Under the pieces are notes generated by a model. The model searched no databases and had not been told where the DNA came from. It saw nothing but the letters and a program-made list of their open reading frames with translations. Positions 27,118-36,173 of a stretch of DNA of 38,833 bases are shown here, piece by piece (the first letter of the stretch is position 1; every line of letters begins with the position of its first letter). Made by a program: the position numbers and the translations under genes. The stretch covers positions 1 through 38,833 of the forward strand of contig JAYZBQ010000019.1 in assembly GCA_036338695.1 (NCBI GenBank). Reading direction: 5' to 3'. This DNA comes from Myxococcota bacterium (GTDB taxonomy: Bacteria > Myxococcota > UBA4151).

Positions 27118-28230
27118 ATGGAAATCGGCATCCCTAAAGAGATCAAGGTTCGCGAATATCGAGTTGGGCAGAGCCCTGCGGGCGTCGCTGCGCTCGTGGG
27201 CGCAGGTCACCGCGTCAAGGTCGAAAGTGGCGCAGGTGTGGGCGCCGGCTTTGAAGACAGCGCCTACAAGGCAGCTGGTGCGCAGATCGTGGCGACAGCC
27301 GACGAGGCTTGGAACGCCGAGATGGTGATCAAGGTCAAAGAGCCCATCGCCGCCGAGTGGCATCGAATGCAGGAGGGTCAGCTCCTGTTCACCTACCTTC
27401 ACCTGGCAGCGGATGCGCCGCTGACGCACGAGCTGATGAAGAAAAAAATCCAATCGGTCGCCTACGAGACGGTCGAATTAGCGGATCGAAGCCTCCCGCT
27501 GCTGCGTCCGATGTCGGAAGTGGCGGGGCGGTTGAGCGCTCAAGCGGCAGCTCGTTGCCTTGAGAAAGAGCGCGGGGGCAAAGGGTTGCTGATGGGCGGT
27601 GTGCCCGGCACCAACCAAGCCAACGTCGTCGTCATCGGCGGCGGCGTCGTCGGGCTCGCAGCCGCTCGTATCTGCATGGGGATGGGGGCGCGCGTGACCA
27701 TTCTTGAGCGCAGCGTCGATCGGATGATCTACCTCGACGACGTCTTCAACGGCCGAATCCAGACCTTGTACTCGAGCCCGCTCGTGATCGACCAGCAGAT
27801 CGCCCAATCGGACGTCGTCATCGGCGCCGTTTTGGTCCCAGGCGCTAAGGCTCCGCACCTGGTCAGCAAGGACCAAGTCGTCAACCGCATGACCGAAGGC
27901 AGCGTGATCGTGGACGTCGCCGTGGACCAAGGGGGCTGCATCGAAACCTGCCGTCCGACAACCCATGACGACCCCACCTTCATCGTCGGTGACGTCGTGC
28001 ACTACTGCGTCGCCAACATGCCCGGCGCCGTCCCCCGCACGTCCACCGTCGCCCTCACCAACACCACGCTGAGCTACGCGCTCTCGCTCGCGGGCAAAGG
28101 GCTCGAGCAAGCCATCCGCGCCGACGCCGCCTTGGCGAAGGGCGTCAACATTTACAACGGCGCCTGCGTCTATGAGCCCGTCTCGATCGCCTGTGACGTC
28201 CCCTTCGAGCCGCTCGCGATCCAGCTGTGA
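27118..28230 (+). CDS. ald: Alanine dehydrogenase
   Basis: [55 protein letters not shown]. Confidence 0.97.
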   Translation: MEIGIPKEIKVREYRVGQSPAGVAALVGAGHRVKVESGAGVGAGFEDSAYKAAGAQIVATADEAWNAEMVIKVKEPIAAEWHRMQEGQLLFTYLHLAADAPLTHELMKKKIQSVAYETVELADRSLPLLRPMSEVAGRLSAQAAARCLEKERGGKGLLMGGVPGTNQANVVVIGGGVVGLAAARICMGMGARVTILERSVDRMIYLDDVFNGRIQTLYSSPLVIDQQIAQSDVVIGAVLVPGAKAPHLVSKDQVVNRMTEGSVIVDVAVDQGGCIETCRPTTHDDPTFIVGDVVHYCVANMPGAVPRTSTVALTNTTLSYALSLAGKGLEQAIRADAALAKGVNIYNGACVYEPVSIACDVPFEPLAIQL

Positions 28231-28733
28231 CGACGCCGGATCCACTCAAGGTCGCGCTGCTCACGCTGTCCGATACGCGGACGCTCGAGACCGACCGCTC
28301 CGGGGCGCTGCTGGCGCAAAAGCTCGGCGAGGCGGGGCATGAGGTGATCGACCGCGCGCTCTGCCCCGACGACCGCTGGACCGTCCGAGCGCGCCTGTGC
28401 GGTTGGGTGGCTCAAGGCGTCGACGTCGTGATCACAACGGGCGGAACGGGCATCACAGGGCGGGACATCGCACCCGAGGCGGTGACCCCCTTGTTCGACA
28501 AGGCGCTGCCCGGCTTCGGTGAACTGTTCCGGCAGCTCAGCTACGACGACATCGGCGCCAGCACCTTGCAGAGTCGAGCGACCGCAGGCCTTTGCGGGCG
28601 GACCCTCGTGTTTGTCCTGCCCGGCTCGACCGGCGCGTGCCAGCTGGCGCTCGATGCGATCATCCTACCCCAGCTCGATGTCCGCACACGCCCCTGCAAC
28701 TTTGCGATGCTCCGAGATCGCTTCGCCGAGTGA
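28227..28733 (+). CDS. moaB: Molybdenum cofactor biosynthesis protein B
   Basis: [49 protein letters not shown] overlap with ald. Confidence 0.92.
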   Translation: MTTPDPLKVALLTLSDTRTLETDRSGALLAQKLGEAGHEVIDRALCPDDRWTVRARLCGWVAQGVDVVITTGGTGITGRDIAPEAVTPLFDKALPGFGELFRQLSYDDIGASTLQSRATAGLCGRTLVFVLPGSTGACQLALDAIILPQLDVRTRPCNFAMLRDRFAE

Positions 28734-29812
28734 ACCAGCCCCCTCCCATCGTGATCATCGGCGCCGGTCTCGCCGGCGCAGCTTGCGCGTATGAGCTGGT
28801 CCAAACCGGTCACCGCCGTGTGCTCATCGTTGAACGCGCCGCCCGCTCAGGACAGCACGGCTCGGCACAAAACGCCGGGCTGATCCGCAGTCACGCCTCC
28901 AACCCTTTTACCGCCGCTGTCGCTCGATCCGGAGCGGCGTGGTGGGGTAGCCAGAGTTTGGTTCCCTTTGAAGCCAGCGGGTCCGTCCTCATCGGCGGTC
29001 GCTCGGGCGAGCTCATGGCCGGGTTTCGACCCAAGGAGCATCGCTGGCTGACGGCATGTCAGAGCTACAACCTCGTCGGTCACCCGCTGCCCCCCAAGCG
29101 CAGGGCTTTTTTCAACCCGGCCGATGGCGTGGGTGATCCCGCCGCCCTCGTCGATGCGCTCCTCGGCGCTGCTCAGGAGCACGGTGCGCAGCTGCGGGTC
29201 AACTGCACCGCTCAACTCGACGGCGAGACGCTCTGGCTCGACGGCGAGCGGCAGCCCTTCGATCACCTCGTGATCGCAGCAGGCGCCTGGTCGGCAGAGC
29301 TCTTGGCGCTCCCCGTGCAAGCGTTTGCCAGGCATCTGGTCTTGCACCGGACCGAGGCGTTACGCGCCGCGCCTTGGGTCTGGGATCTCGATGAGGAGCT
29401 CTACTGGCGGCCGCACCCGGAAGGGCTTCTGCTCAGCGCCTGCGACGAGCGGGTGGTGCACCGACCGGATCCGGAGCAGTGGCCGGCGGTCGTCGACGAG
29501 GCGCTTGAAGAGCTCGAGCGCAAACTCGGCAGCGCCTACCCCGGCTTGCTCCCCCTCGAGGGGCTGGAGTCCTGGAGCGGGTTACGGGTGCTGACGCCCG
29601 ATGACGGCTTCATCCTCGGCCCGGATCCCCGTCGAGCGCGCGTGCTCTGGTGTACGGCGCTTGGCGGACACGGCGTCACCTGCTGCGTTCCGGCGGCGCA
29701 GCTGGCGCTGCAGGCGATCACCGGCCGGCCGCTCGATGCCGACCAGCTTCGAAACCAGCGAGCCCATAGCGCCGAGCGATTCGCCACGCTCGACGAGACC
29801 TGGCACGGCTGA
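28730..29812 (+). CDS. FAD-dependent oxidoreductase, DAO/glycine oxidase family
   Basis: [34 protein letters not shown]. Start at GTG 28730 (GTGA overlap). Confidence 0.85.
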   Translation: MNQPPPIVIIGAGLAGAACAYELVQTGHRRVLIVERAARSGQHGSAQNAGLIRSHASNPFTAAVARSGAAWWGSQSLVPFEASGSVLIGGRSGELMAGFRPKEHRWLTACQSYNLVGHPLPPKRRAFFNPADGVGDPAALVDALLGAAQEHGAQLRVNCTAQLDGETLWLDGERQPFDHLVIAAGAWSAELLALPVQAFARHLVLHRTEALRAAPWVWDLDEELYWRPHPEGLLLSACDERVVHRPDPEQWPAVVDEALEELERKLGSAYPGLLPLEGLESWSGLRVLTPDDGFILGPDPRRARVLWCTALGGHGVTCCVPAAQLALQAITGRPLDADQLRNQRAHSAERFATLDETWHG

Positions 29813-29942
29813 GCGCACGCCCTTTGTCTCTTCACCAACCCTTGCTTCGGCGGTTGGGTCGGCCCTAAGGGAGCGTCACGTGGAAGGCGTCGCGCGGACG
29901 CAGCGCCGTCCTCCCACAGACCGCCTGAAAGAAGGGACTGTG

Positions 29943-30569
29943 ATGACGCGCCCGCTCCTCGTGATCGCCACCGGTAACGCCCACAAGGTCGATGAGATGC
30001 GTGACCAGCTGAGCCCATGGTTTCGTGTCGCCGGTTTGCCCGACGACTACCGCTCGCCCGCTGAAGATGGCGACACCTTCGCCGCCAACGCATACATCAA
30101 GGCTCAAGCTGCAGCCGATGCCTTAGGCGCCCTGTGCCTCGCCGATGATTCGGGCATCTGCGTCGACTATCTCAACGGCGCACCCGGGATCCACTCGGCG
30201 CGCTACGCAGGTCGCCATGGCGACGACGAGGCGAACAACAACCGGCTGCTCGAGGAGCTCGAGGCGGTGCCGGATGATCAGCGAACGGCGCGTTTTGTCT
30301 GCGCCTTGTCGCTGGCCTCGCCGGAGGGTGAGCTCGCTCGCTTCGAGGGCACCTTCGAGGGCAGAGTGGGTCATGAGCGACGCGGCGAGCGTGGTTTTGG
30401 CTACGACCCGCTCTTCGTCCTAGCCGAAGGCGTCACCGCAGCGGAGCTCAGCGCCGATGAAAAACGCCGCCGCTCCCACCGCGGACAAGCCCTCTCACTG
30501 CTCGCCAAAGCACTGGAAAATTCCACGCTTTACAAGCAGTGCATTGCCGCAGCGAGAGAAGTCGAATAG
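29943..30569 (+). CDS. rdgB: dITP/XTP pyrophosphatase (RdgB/HAM1)
   Basis: ATGNAHK, E...TF..NA..KA, ADDSG, PGIHSAR, GFGYDP, SHRG. Confidence 0.95.
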   Translation: MTRPLLVIATGNAHKVDEMRDQLSPWFRVAGLPDDYRSPAEDGDTFAANAYIKAQAAADALGALCLADDSGICVDYLNGAPGIHSARYAGRHGDDEANNNRLLEELEAVPDDQRTARFVCALSLASPEGELARFEGTFEGRVGHERRGERGFGYDPLFVLAEGVTAAELSADEKRRRSHRGQALSLLAKALENSTLYKQCIAAAREVE

Positions 30570-30578
30570 CCTGGCGCA

Positions 30579-31376
30579 ATGCGCTCCCTGCTTCTACCGG
30601 CTTTGGTCGGCTGTCTGTCATGTTCTACGCCGGTCGAGGCGCCGGTTGAGTTCGACGATTTGTGTGCGTTTGTCTTTGAACACGCGAGCGACGAGGACCC
30701 AGAGGCGCTGGCGCAAGGCGTCGTTAACCTCCAGAGTTGGCTCGAGCGGAACCGGGACAGCGTGGAGGAAGGCTACGTCGTCAACAACATGGACCCCGCT
30801 TGGGTCGAAGCCCATGAAGGCAAGCCCTATGACCTCACCGACCTGCTCGGCGTCGCGCTGGCGCTCGAATACCGGCACCCCTTAGAGCGCATCTTAGGTC
30901 GCATCCTGACCGACCCGAAACCGGCTGACATCGATGAAGAAGGCCGGATCACGCATGAGCGGGTCTACAACTCGGATCACGAGTGCTTCATTGCGGGAAC
31001 CTGTGACTTCGTATCGTACGACACCCAAGCTGTTCAAAACTATCCCCTCGGGATTGAGGCCACCGTCACTTTTCGCTCGGAGCTGCGCCGGATTCAAACC
31101 GAGCTTGGACCGGCGGTGATTGCGCGCAACTGGATGACCGGTCCGAGCGACTTCAACTGGGAGTGGCTGTCGCTGGATCTGAGCTATTACCTCGCGGTGA
31201 TCATCGAGAAGGAGCCGGGCGTGGTCGAGCGCACCGAGGCGACCTGGATGCTCGCCGGTTTCGCAGGCGCTCCGGTCTCCATCGAGGTCGGCTTGAGCAT
31301 GGCCCTGGATAAAATGCGGAACTCGGCGCTGGGCTTTCGTGAGAGCCTCGACACCGAGTTCGAGCCGACGCCGTAG
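30579..31376 (+). CDS. Hypothetical lipoprotein (paralog B)
   Basis: Short signal ending CLSC; collinear paralog of 25369-26202. Confidence 0.8.
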   Translation: MRSLLLPALVGCLSCSTPVEAPVEFDDLCAFVFEHASDEDPEALAQGVVNLQSWLERNRDSVEEGYVVNNMDPAWVEAHEGKPYDLTDLLGVALALEYRHPLERILGRILTDPKPADIDEEGRITHERVYNSDHECFIAGTCDFVSYDTQAVQNYPLGIEATVTFRSELRRIQTELGPAVIARNWMTGPSDFNWEWLSLDLSYYLAVIIEKEPGVVERTEATWMLAGFAGAPVSIEVGLSMALDKMRNSALGFRESLDTEFEPTP

Positions 31377-31451
31377 CCAGCATCGAAAACCTCAAAAGAG
31401 ATGCTGGCGTCCGCCACAAAAGTTCTTTAGAGGGGCTACGCCCGCTCTCGT

Positions 31452-31529
31452 CGGGGCGTAGCGCAGTCTGGTTAGCGCACCTGCTTTGGGAGCAGGGGGC
31501 CGCAGGTTCGAATCCTGCCGCCCCGACCA
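31452..31529 (+). tRNA. tRNA-Pro(TGG)
   Basis: CGGGGCGTAGCGCAGTCTGGTTAGCGCACCTGCTT-TGG-GAGCAGGGGGCCGCAGGTTCGAATCCTGCCGCCCCGACCA. Confidence 0.96.
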
Positions 31530-31543
31530 GCGGGCACCCCTTT

Positions 31544-31620
31544 GCGCCAATAGCTCAGCTGGATAGAGCAACGGCCTTCTAAGCCGTAGGTCCGAGGTTC
31601 GAATCCTCGTTGGCGCGCCA
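31544..31620 (+). tRNA. tRNA-Arg(TCT)
   Basis: GCGCCAATAGCTCAGCTGGATAGAGCAACGGCCT-TCT-AAGCCGTAGGTCCGAGGTTCGAATCCTCGTTGGCGCGCCA. Confidence 0.96.
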
Positions 31621-31636
31621 CGCCTGGAGATGCGCC

Positions 31637-32047
31637 ATGACCGATTCACACCAGAGTCATCTGATCACATTTGCGAACCCCAAAGCAGATCGCAACTACG
31701 AGATCGAGATCATCAACCCCGAGTTCACCTGCCTGTGCCCGGTGACGGGTCAGCCGGACTTTGCGATCATCCGCCTTCGCTACATCGCCGATCAATCGTG
31801 CCTCGAGCTCAAAGGCATCAAGCTGTACTTTGGCAGCTTCCGAGACGTCGGCTGCTTCCACGAGGCGGTCACCAACCGCATCCTCGATGACTTCGTCGCA
31901 GCCATCGCGCCGCGTGCGATGGTCGTCGAAGCCGTCTTCAACATTCGGGGTGGGATCTCGACCCGAGTGCTCGCGGAGCACGGCGCGGTCGAGCAGCTCA
32001 AAGCGGTGCCGCCGCTCAAGGGCCTCAACCCGGCGGTCTTCGCCTAG
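31637..32047 (+). CDS. queF: NADPH-dependent 7-cyano-7-deazaguanine (preQ0) reductase, unimodular
   Basis: EFTCLCPVTGQPDFA, ELKGIKLY, FHE, RGGI; GGAG RBS. Confidence 0.94.
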   Translation: MTDSHQSHLITFANPKADRNYEIEIINPEFTCLCPVTGQPDFAIIRLRYIADQSCLELKGIKLYFGSFRDVGCFHEAVTNRILDDFVAAIAPRAMVVEAVFNIRGGISTRVLAEHGAVEQLKAVPPLKGLNPAVFA

Positions 32048-33321
32048 GCGAGCGCTCCTGACGGGACCACCTCGAGCTCACCTGTTGGGTCTTCGGGCGC
32101 TGGCACATAGAGCACGTTGACCGACTCCACGCGCTTCCCATCGGTCGCCTTGACGGTGAACACGTAGTCTCCCACGCGCACCTCATCTTCAAGCTCGGGC
32201 AGGCGCCCGAGGTGGCTGGTCACCAGCCCGGCTACCGTGTCGTATTCGTCGCTGTCCTCGAACTCGTGATCAAACCGATCGGCGAGGTCACCGACGTTGC
32301 AGCTTCCGTCCACGCGCCAGAGGTTGTCACCGAGCGGCTGAATCTCTTCGGTGACCTCCTCGTACTCATCGCGGATCTCGCCCACCATCACCTCGATGAC
32401 GTCTTCAACGGCGATACACCCTGAGGTTCCGCCGTGTTCGTCGACGACGATGGCGAAGGGGATGCGCTTACGCTGGAAGTCTTTCAGCACCTCATTGGTG
32501 CGCTGCAGCTCCGAGACAAAGATCGGCTCGCGCATCGCCTGACCTGCCGTGGCGAGGCTCGGGTCACGAAACAGATCACGGATGTGCACGATCCCGACGA
32601 TGTCGTCGATCGAGTCGCCTTCGACCGGGAAGCGGCTGTGCCCGTGCTTTCCGTAGAGCATCAACAAGCCGTCACGCCCCATGTCGCGCTCGACCGTGAT
32701 CAGGTCGGTTCGGGGCACCATCGCCTCGCGAACGGACGTGTCGTCCAGCTCGAGCACCTGAGTCAGGAGCCGGTGTGCGTGGGCGTCGATGCTCCCGTCT
32801 TTCGCGCTCTGCTCGATGTAGAGCTCAAGCTCGCTCTCTGAGATGGCGCGCCCGCCGTCCATTGAGCCACCGGCTAGCTCAACCGCCTTGTGGGTCAGCA
32901 CGCCGAGTACTTTGGAAGCCGGCCAGAACAGGATGATCCAAGGACGGAGCGCCAACATCAGACTCGGCGCCAAGCGGTCAGCGTGGACCGACGCATAGTT
33001 CTTCGGGATGACCTCGCCGAAGATCAACACCAGGATGGTCATCACCGCCACCGCCAAGCCGAGGCCAACGTCGGCGAAGACGCGCTCGGCGATGGTACCA
33101 GCGAGCGCCGAGGCGAGGATGTTGGCGATGTTGTTGCCAACTAAGATCGTGTTGCGCACAAAATGCGGCTGATCCAGCCACAGGCTGAGTCGCTCGTGAC
33201 CATCGTCGATCAGGCTCTTGGTGCGCGCCTCATTTAGCGACTGAAGCGCCGACTCAGAGCCGGAAAAGAAGGCGCTGAGGATGAAGCAAACGACAAAGAC
33301 AATGAGTTCACCGGCGCTCAT
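32044..33321 (-). CDS. HlyC/CorC (CNNM-CBS-CorC) divalent-metal transporter family
   Basis: SAFFSGSE, GNNIAN, GEVIPK, MVPR, HSRFPV, VDEHGG, VGEIRDE, TVAG. Confidence 0.92.
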   Translation of the reverse strand: MSAGELIVFVVCFILSAFFSGSESALQSLNEARTKSLIDDGHERLSLWLDQPHFVRNTILVGNNIANILASALAGTIAERVFADVGLGLAVAVMTILVLIFGEVIPKNYASVHADRLAPSLMLALRPWIILFWPASKVLGVLTHKAVELAGGSMDGGRAISESELELYIEQSAKDGSIDAHAHRLLTQVLELDDTSVREAMVPRTDLITVERDMGRDGLLMLYGKHGHSRFPVEGDSIDDIVGIVHIRDLFRDPSLATAGQAMREPIFVSELQRTNEVLKDFQRKRIPFAIVVDEHGGTSGCIAVEDVIEVMVGEIRDEYEEVTEEIQPLGDNLWRVDGSCNVGDLADRFDHEFEDSDEYDTVAGLVTSHLGRLPELEDEVRVGDYVFTVKATDGKRVESVNVLYVPAPEDPTGELEVVPSGALA

Positions 33322-33435
33322 GAGATGGTCTCACAAACCCCGGATGGCGGCGCTAAGGCCGCCTCGATAGGCGGAGGTTGGTCGGTCAACTTGTGTTGGC
33401 CTCCCTTGCTGCCGGATTATTCCGACGCCAGCACT

Positions 33436-33464
33436 ACTGTAACCATGCAGCCCTCACCTCGCAA
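33436..33464 (-). promoter_or_regulatory. Putative sigma70 promoter for the CNNM/HlyC gene
   Basis: Minus strand TTGCGA-N17-TACAGT. Confidence 0.5.
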
Positions 33465-33477
33465 GCTTTAGCCCACA

Positions 33478-34407
33478 TCAAAACGGGGCATCGATGCTGT
33501 GGATCGTCCCGTTCAAGCTGAACTGGGGCTCAAAGCCCGTCGCTTGGCGTAAGCGCTCATCGCTGACGATGCAGCTGTACTGAATGAGGTCGAGCTCCTC
33601 GGGGCGAAACGGGGTCATCCCCAAGCTCCAAGCCGGCGCCATGACCTGACGTAAGATCGTCCGAGGGAGCGGAACGCAGGTGCGTTTTAGGGTCTCAAGC
33701 ACTGTTCGCAGGGACACGGGAGGGGGTCCGGCGACGTTGTAGGGCCCGCGCAGGCCCGGCTCCATCAGGTGCTCAATCGCGAGCGCCAAGTCCTCAGCGT
33801 GGAGCAGCTGAATCGAAGGGTCAAAGCCTAAAACGACCGGGACCCGGCGCCGCTGGAAGTACCTCTGGATGCCATTGGTCAACCCTGGCCCCACCGCAGG
33901 TACCGGCCGGACAATCACGACCTCCATGCCCGGCTCACGCCATGCGGTGGCGCAGGCGCGCAGGTCGAGCTGGACGCGATCGCGCAAGCTCGAAAAGCGC
34001 TCGCCCGCCAGCAACGGCGCGTCTTCATTGAGAAAGACGGTGTTGCTCGGCCGATGCCCGTAAAGGCGAGCCGAGCTGAGGATGATCACCTTGCGGACGC
34101 CGCGCTTAGAGCACAGCTCGAGGAGTCGATTCACCGCCACCACGTTGTAGGCGTGATGCACGGCGTCACCCTCGCGCAGGTCCGTGAGCACGCCCGAGTG
34201 GATAACGACGTCGAAGCGCCTACGTCGCATCAAGCGATCGAGGGCTCGGCGGCGCAGATCCACGGCGGCCGTCTGCACGTCATGCGGAAACCGACTCGGC
34301 TCCTTCGCGTCCACCGCCATCACCTGATGCTGTCGATGGAGGCGACGAACCAGCGTCCGCCCCATGGGGCTGCGAGCCCCGGTGATCAGGATCCGTTCGC
34401 GACTCAA
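33478..34407 (-). CDS. Extended/atypical SDR (NAD-dependent epimerase family)
   Basis: ILITGARSPMG, SSARLYG, EDAPL, LGFDP..Q.LH..D, YNVAG; no YxxxK. Confidence 0.8.
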   Translation of the reverse strand: MSRERILITGARSPMGRTLVRRLHRQHQVMAVDAKEPSRFPHDVQTAAVDLRRRALDRLMRRRRFDVVIHSGVLTDLREGDAVHHAYNVVAVNRLLELCSKRGVRKVIILSSARLYGHRPSNTVFLNEDAPLLAGERFSSLRDRVQLDLRACATAWREPGMEVVIVRPVPAVGPGLTNGIQRYFQRRRVPVVLGFDPSIQLLHAEDLALAIEHLMEPGLRGPYNVAGPPPVSLRTVLETLKRTCVPLPRTILRQVMAPAWSLGMTPFRPEELDLIQYSCIVSDERLRQATGFEPQFSLNGTIHSIDAPF

Positions 34408-35237
34408 AACAGCCCCTCACGGTCAGCGAGTCCGTGTTCAATCATCGCTCGAATCGTGCTTCGCACTTGCTCGACGAGCTCTGAGATCACCTCATCATCA
34501 TCGTCGTATGCCGCATCAAATCGCAGCGGCTCACCCCAGTGAATGTGAAACCTGGTCGGCAGCGGCAGCGGCGTCGCCAGCAACGGGATCGGCGGTCCGC
34601 CGACGCGACTGAACACATCCAACGTCCCCAAGCTCGGCAGCGACTCTTCGGCTCCGACGACCGCGACCGGCACGATCGGAACCCCAGCCTGTAGGGCGAG
34701 TCGTAAGAAGCCCTGCCCAAAGTTTTGCAGCTCATACGCCCGGTGAAACGGCTTGGTGATCCCCTTTGCCCCCTCAGGGAACACAAGCACCGAGTAGCCC
34801 CGACTCAATAGGTACAGGCAGTTCTCTGGCGTCCCAGCGACCTGACCTACCTTCTCAAAGAAGCTCCCAATAAAGGGCAGCGTCCCGACAAAATGGTCGA
34901 CCATTGCGCGCAAAAACCGGGGGTGCGGGGCGTCGCTCATCACCGCAGCGGTGATCATCGTCCCATCGAGCGGGATCTGTCCGGTGTGGTTCGAGACCAC
35001 GAGACACGGCTCAGCGGGGAGCCGATCGATGTGATAGTTCTGAACACGAAAGTAATGCTTATAGAGCCAGTGGACCGGGAGCGCCGCCTTCGGCAGGAGG
35101 TCGGGTCGCAGCCCAAACGGATCCTGGCCGAACTCATTGAGATCCGGAAACTCAATCTTGGAAAAGGCTTCCTCAAACTCGGCTTGCAGCTCGCCCCAGT
35201 GAGCGCTGATGCGCAGGATGTGATCCAAGACGCTCAT
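34404..35237 (-). CDS. Lysophospholipid/PlsC-family acyltransferase
   Basis: DPFG, VSNHTGQIPLDG, VFPEG..G..K, PIVPVAVVGAEE. Confidence 0.88.
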   Translation of the reverse strand: MSVLDHILRISAHWGELQAEFEEAFSKIEFPDLNEFGQDPFGLRPDLLPKAALPVHWLYKHYFRVQNYHIDRLPAEPCLVVSNHTGQIPLDGTMITAAVMSDAPHPRFLRAMVDHFVGTLPFIGSFFEKVGQVAGTPENCLYLLSRGYSVLVFPEGAKGITKPFHRAYELQNFGQGFLRLALQAGVPIVPVAVVGAEESLPSLGTLDVFSRVGGPPIPLLATPLPLPTRFHIHWGEPLRFDAAYDDDDEVISELVEQVRSTIRAMIEHGLADREGLF

Positions 35238-36169
35238 CGCGCGCCCCGCGCGCTGGCTCGACGCGCCACCTCGACCAGCGGGACAAACCGGCGCGCCCCG
35301 GCGACCCGCTCGATGGTACGCCGCAGCCGCTTCATCCGCACCCGATGAGGCACCTGGAGGTCTCGGCGAACCTGCCGTAAATCATCGTCGACGGCGTCCT
35401 CGGGGGTGACATCGATCGGGTGCAACTCGAGGTCGATCGGGCGCGCGCTGCGCAGCGCAAGGCGCGTCAGGTTCCAACCGAGCTGTTCACTGCCGACGAC
35501 CGTCGTACCGATCCAAGGGAGCCCCATCGGCGCCGTCATCGGGAGCTCGATGAGCTGCCGCCGCTCGGATCGCCACCCCCTCCCCTGTCGCTTCGGCCGA
35601 AACGGACCGCGCTGGGGTAAAAACGCCTTGGGGTTGCCCACCAACGACGCTGAGGGGCGATCGCCGACCGACTTGAGCGCGATCACGAGCCCCCGCGCCC
35701 CCCAATAGGCGGGCGATGGCAATAGGCTGGAGTCGTACTCGAAACCGGCTGTCTCCACGGCGTCAAGCAACGCCTCGCTCAGGTTGTAACCCGGCGCACG
35801 AAACCCCGTCGGCTTGCAACCACTCAAGGCTTCGATGGCGGCGACGGATCGAGCGAGGTCATCACCGAGCTGTGCAGGCGTCCATCGGCTCATGGCGTAA
35901 TCGTGGGCGTGTGAGTGGCAAGCGATCTCGTGCCCCTCGCGCGCGGCGCGCTCGACGCGTTTCGCAACCGCCGGATGCATCAGGTCTTCGGTGACGACAA
36001 AGAGCGTCGCAGGGAGCCCATACTCCGCGCACAGGTCCAAGAAGCAGTCGAGCCCGTGGGTCAGGAACGGGTCGTCCCCTGACTGCGGCGCTAAACCATG
36101 GATCGCCCGATAATGGCGCACGCCATCGAGGTCGATCGATAGGGAGGCTAAGCCCGCTAAAGCCTTCAT
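35234..36169 (-). CDS. Polysaccharide deacetylase (CE4/NodB fold)
   Basis: SIDLD, ATLFV, GHEIACHSHAH, GFRAPG, YDSS, ELP, LHP.D. Start placed at ATG 36169. Confidence 0.85.
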   Translation of the reverse strand: MKALAGLASLSIDLDGVRHYRAIHGLAPQSGDDPFLTHGLDCFLDLCAEYGLPATLFVVTEDLMHPAVAKRVERAAREGHEIACHSHAHDYAMSRWTPAQLGDDLARSVAAIEALSGCKPTGFRAPGYNLSEALLDAVETAGFEYDSSLLPSPAYWGARGLVIALKSVGDRPSASLVGNPKAFLPQRGPFRPKRQGRGWRSERRQLIELPMTAPMGLPWIGTTVVGSEQLGWNLTRLALRSARPIDLELHPIDVTPEDAVDDDLRQVRRDLQVPHRVRMKRLRRTIERVAGARRFVPLVEVARRASARGAR

Positions 36170-36173
36170 GACG

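Noticed and set aside
29876..29930. Partial resemblance to the ZTP riboswitch (CGTGGAA..CCAC, GACCGCCTG) and, on the minus strand, to glycine riboswitch fragments
   Set aside because: The GACTGRCG element and closing GGGC are missing; the glycine-like elements are in the wrong order.
31376..31408. GCCAGCATC/GATGCTGGC inverted repeat after lipoprotein B as a terminator
   Set aside because: 15-nt loop and no U-tract; it overlaps the probable tRNA promoter region, so its function is unsupported.
25139..31620. tRNA-bounded block as an integrative element
   Set aside because: No integrase, no duplicated tRNA 3' end seen, housekeeping cargo, and no obvious compositional shift.
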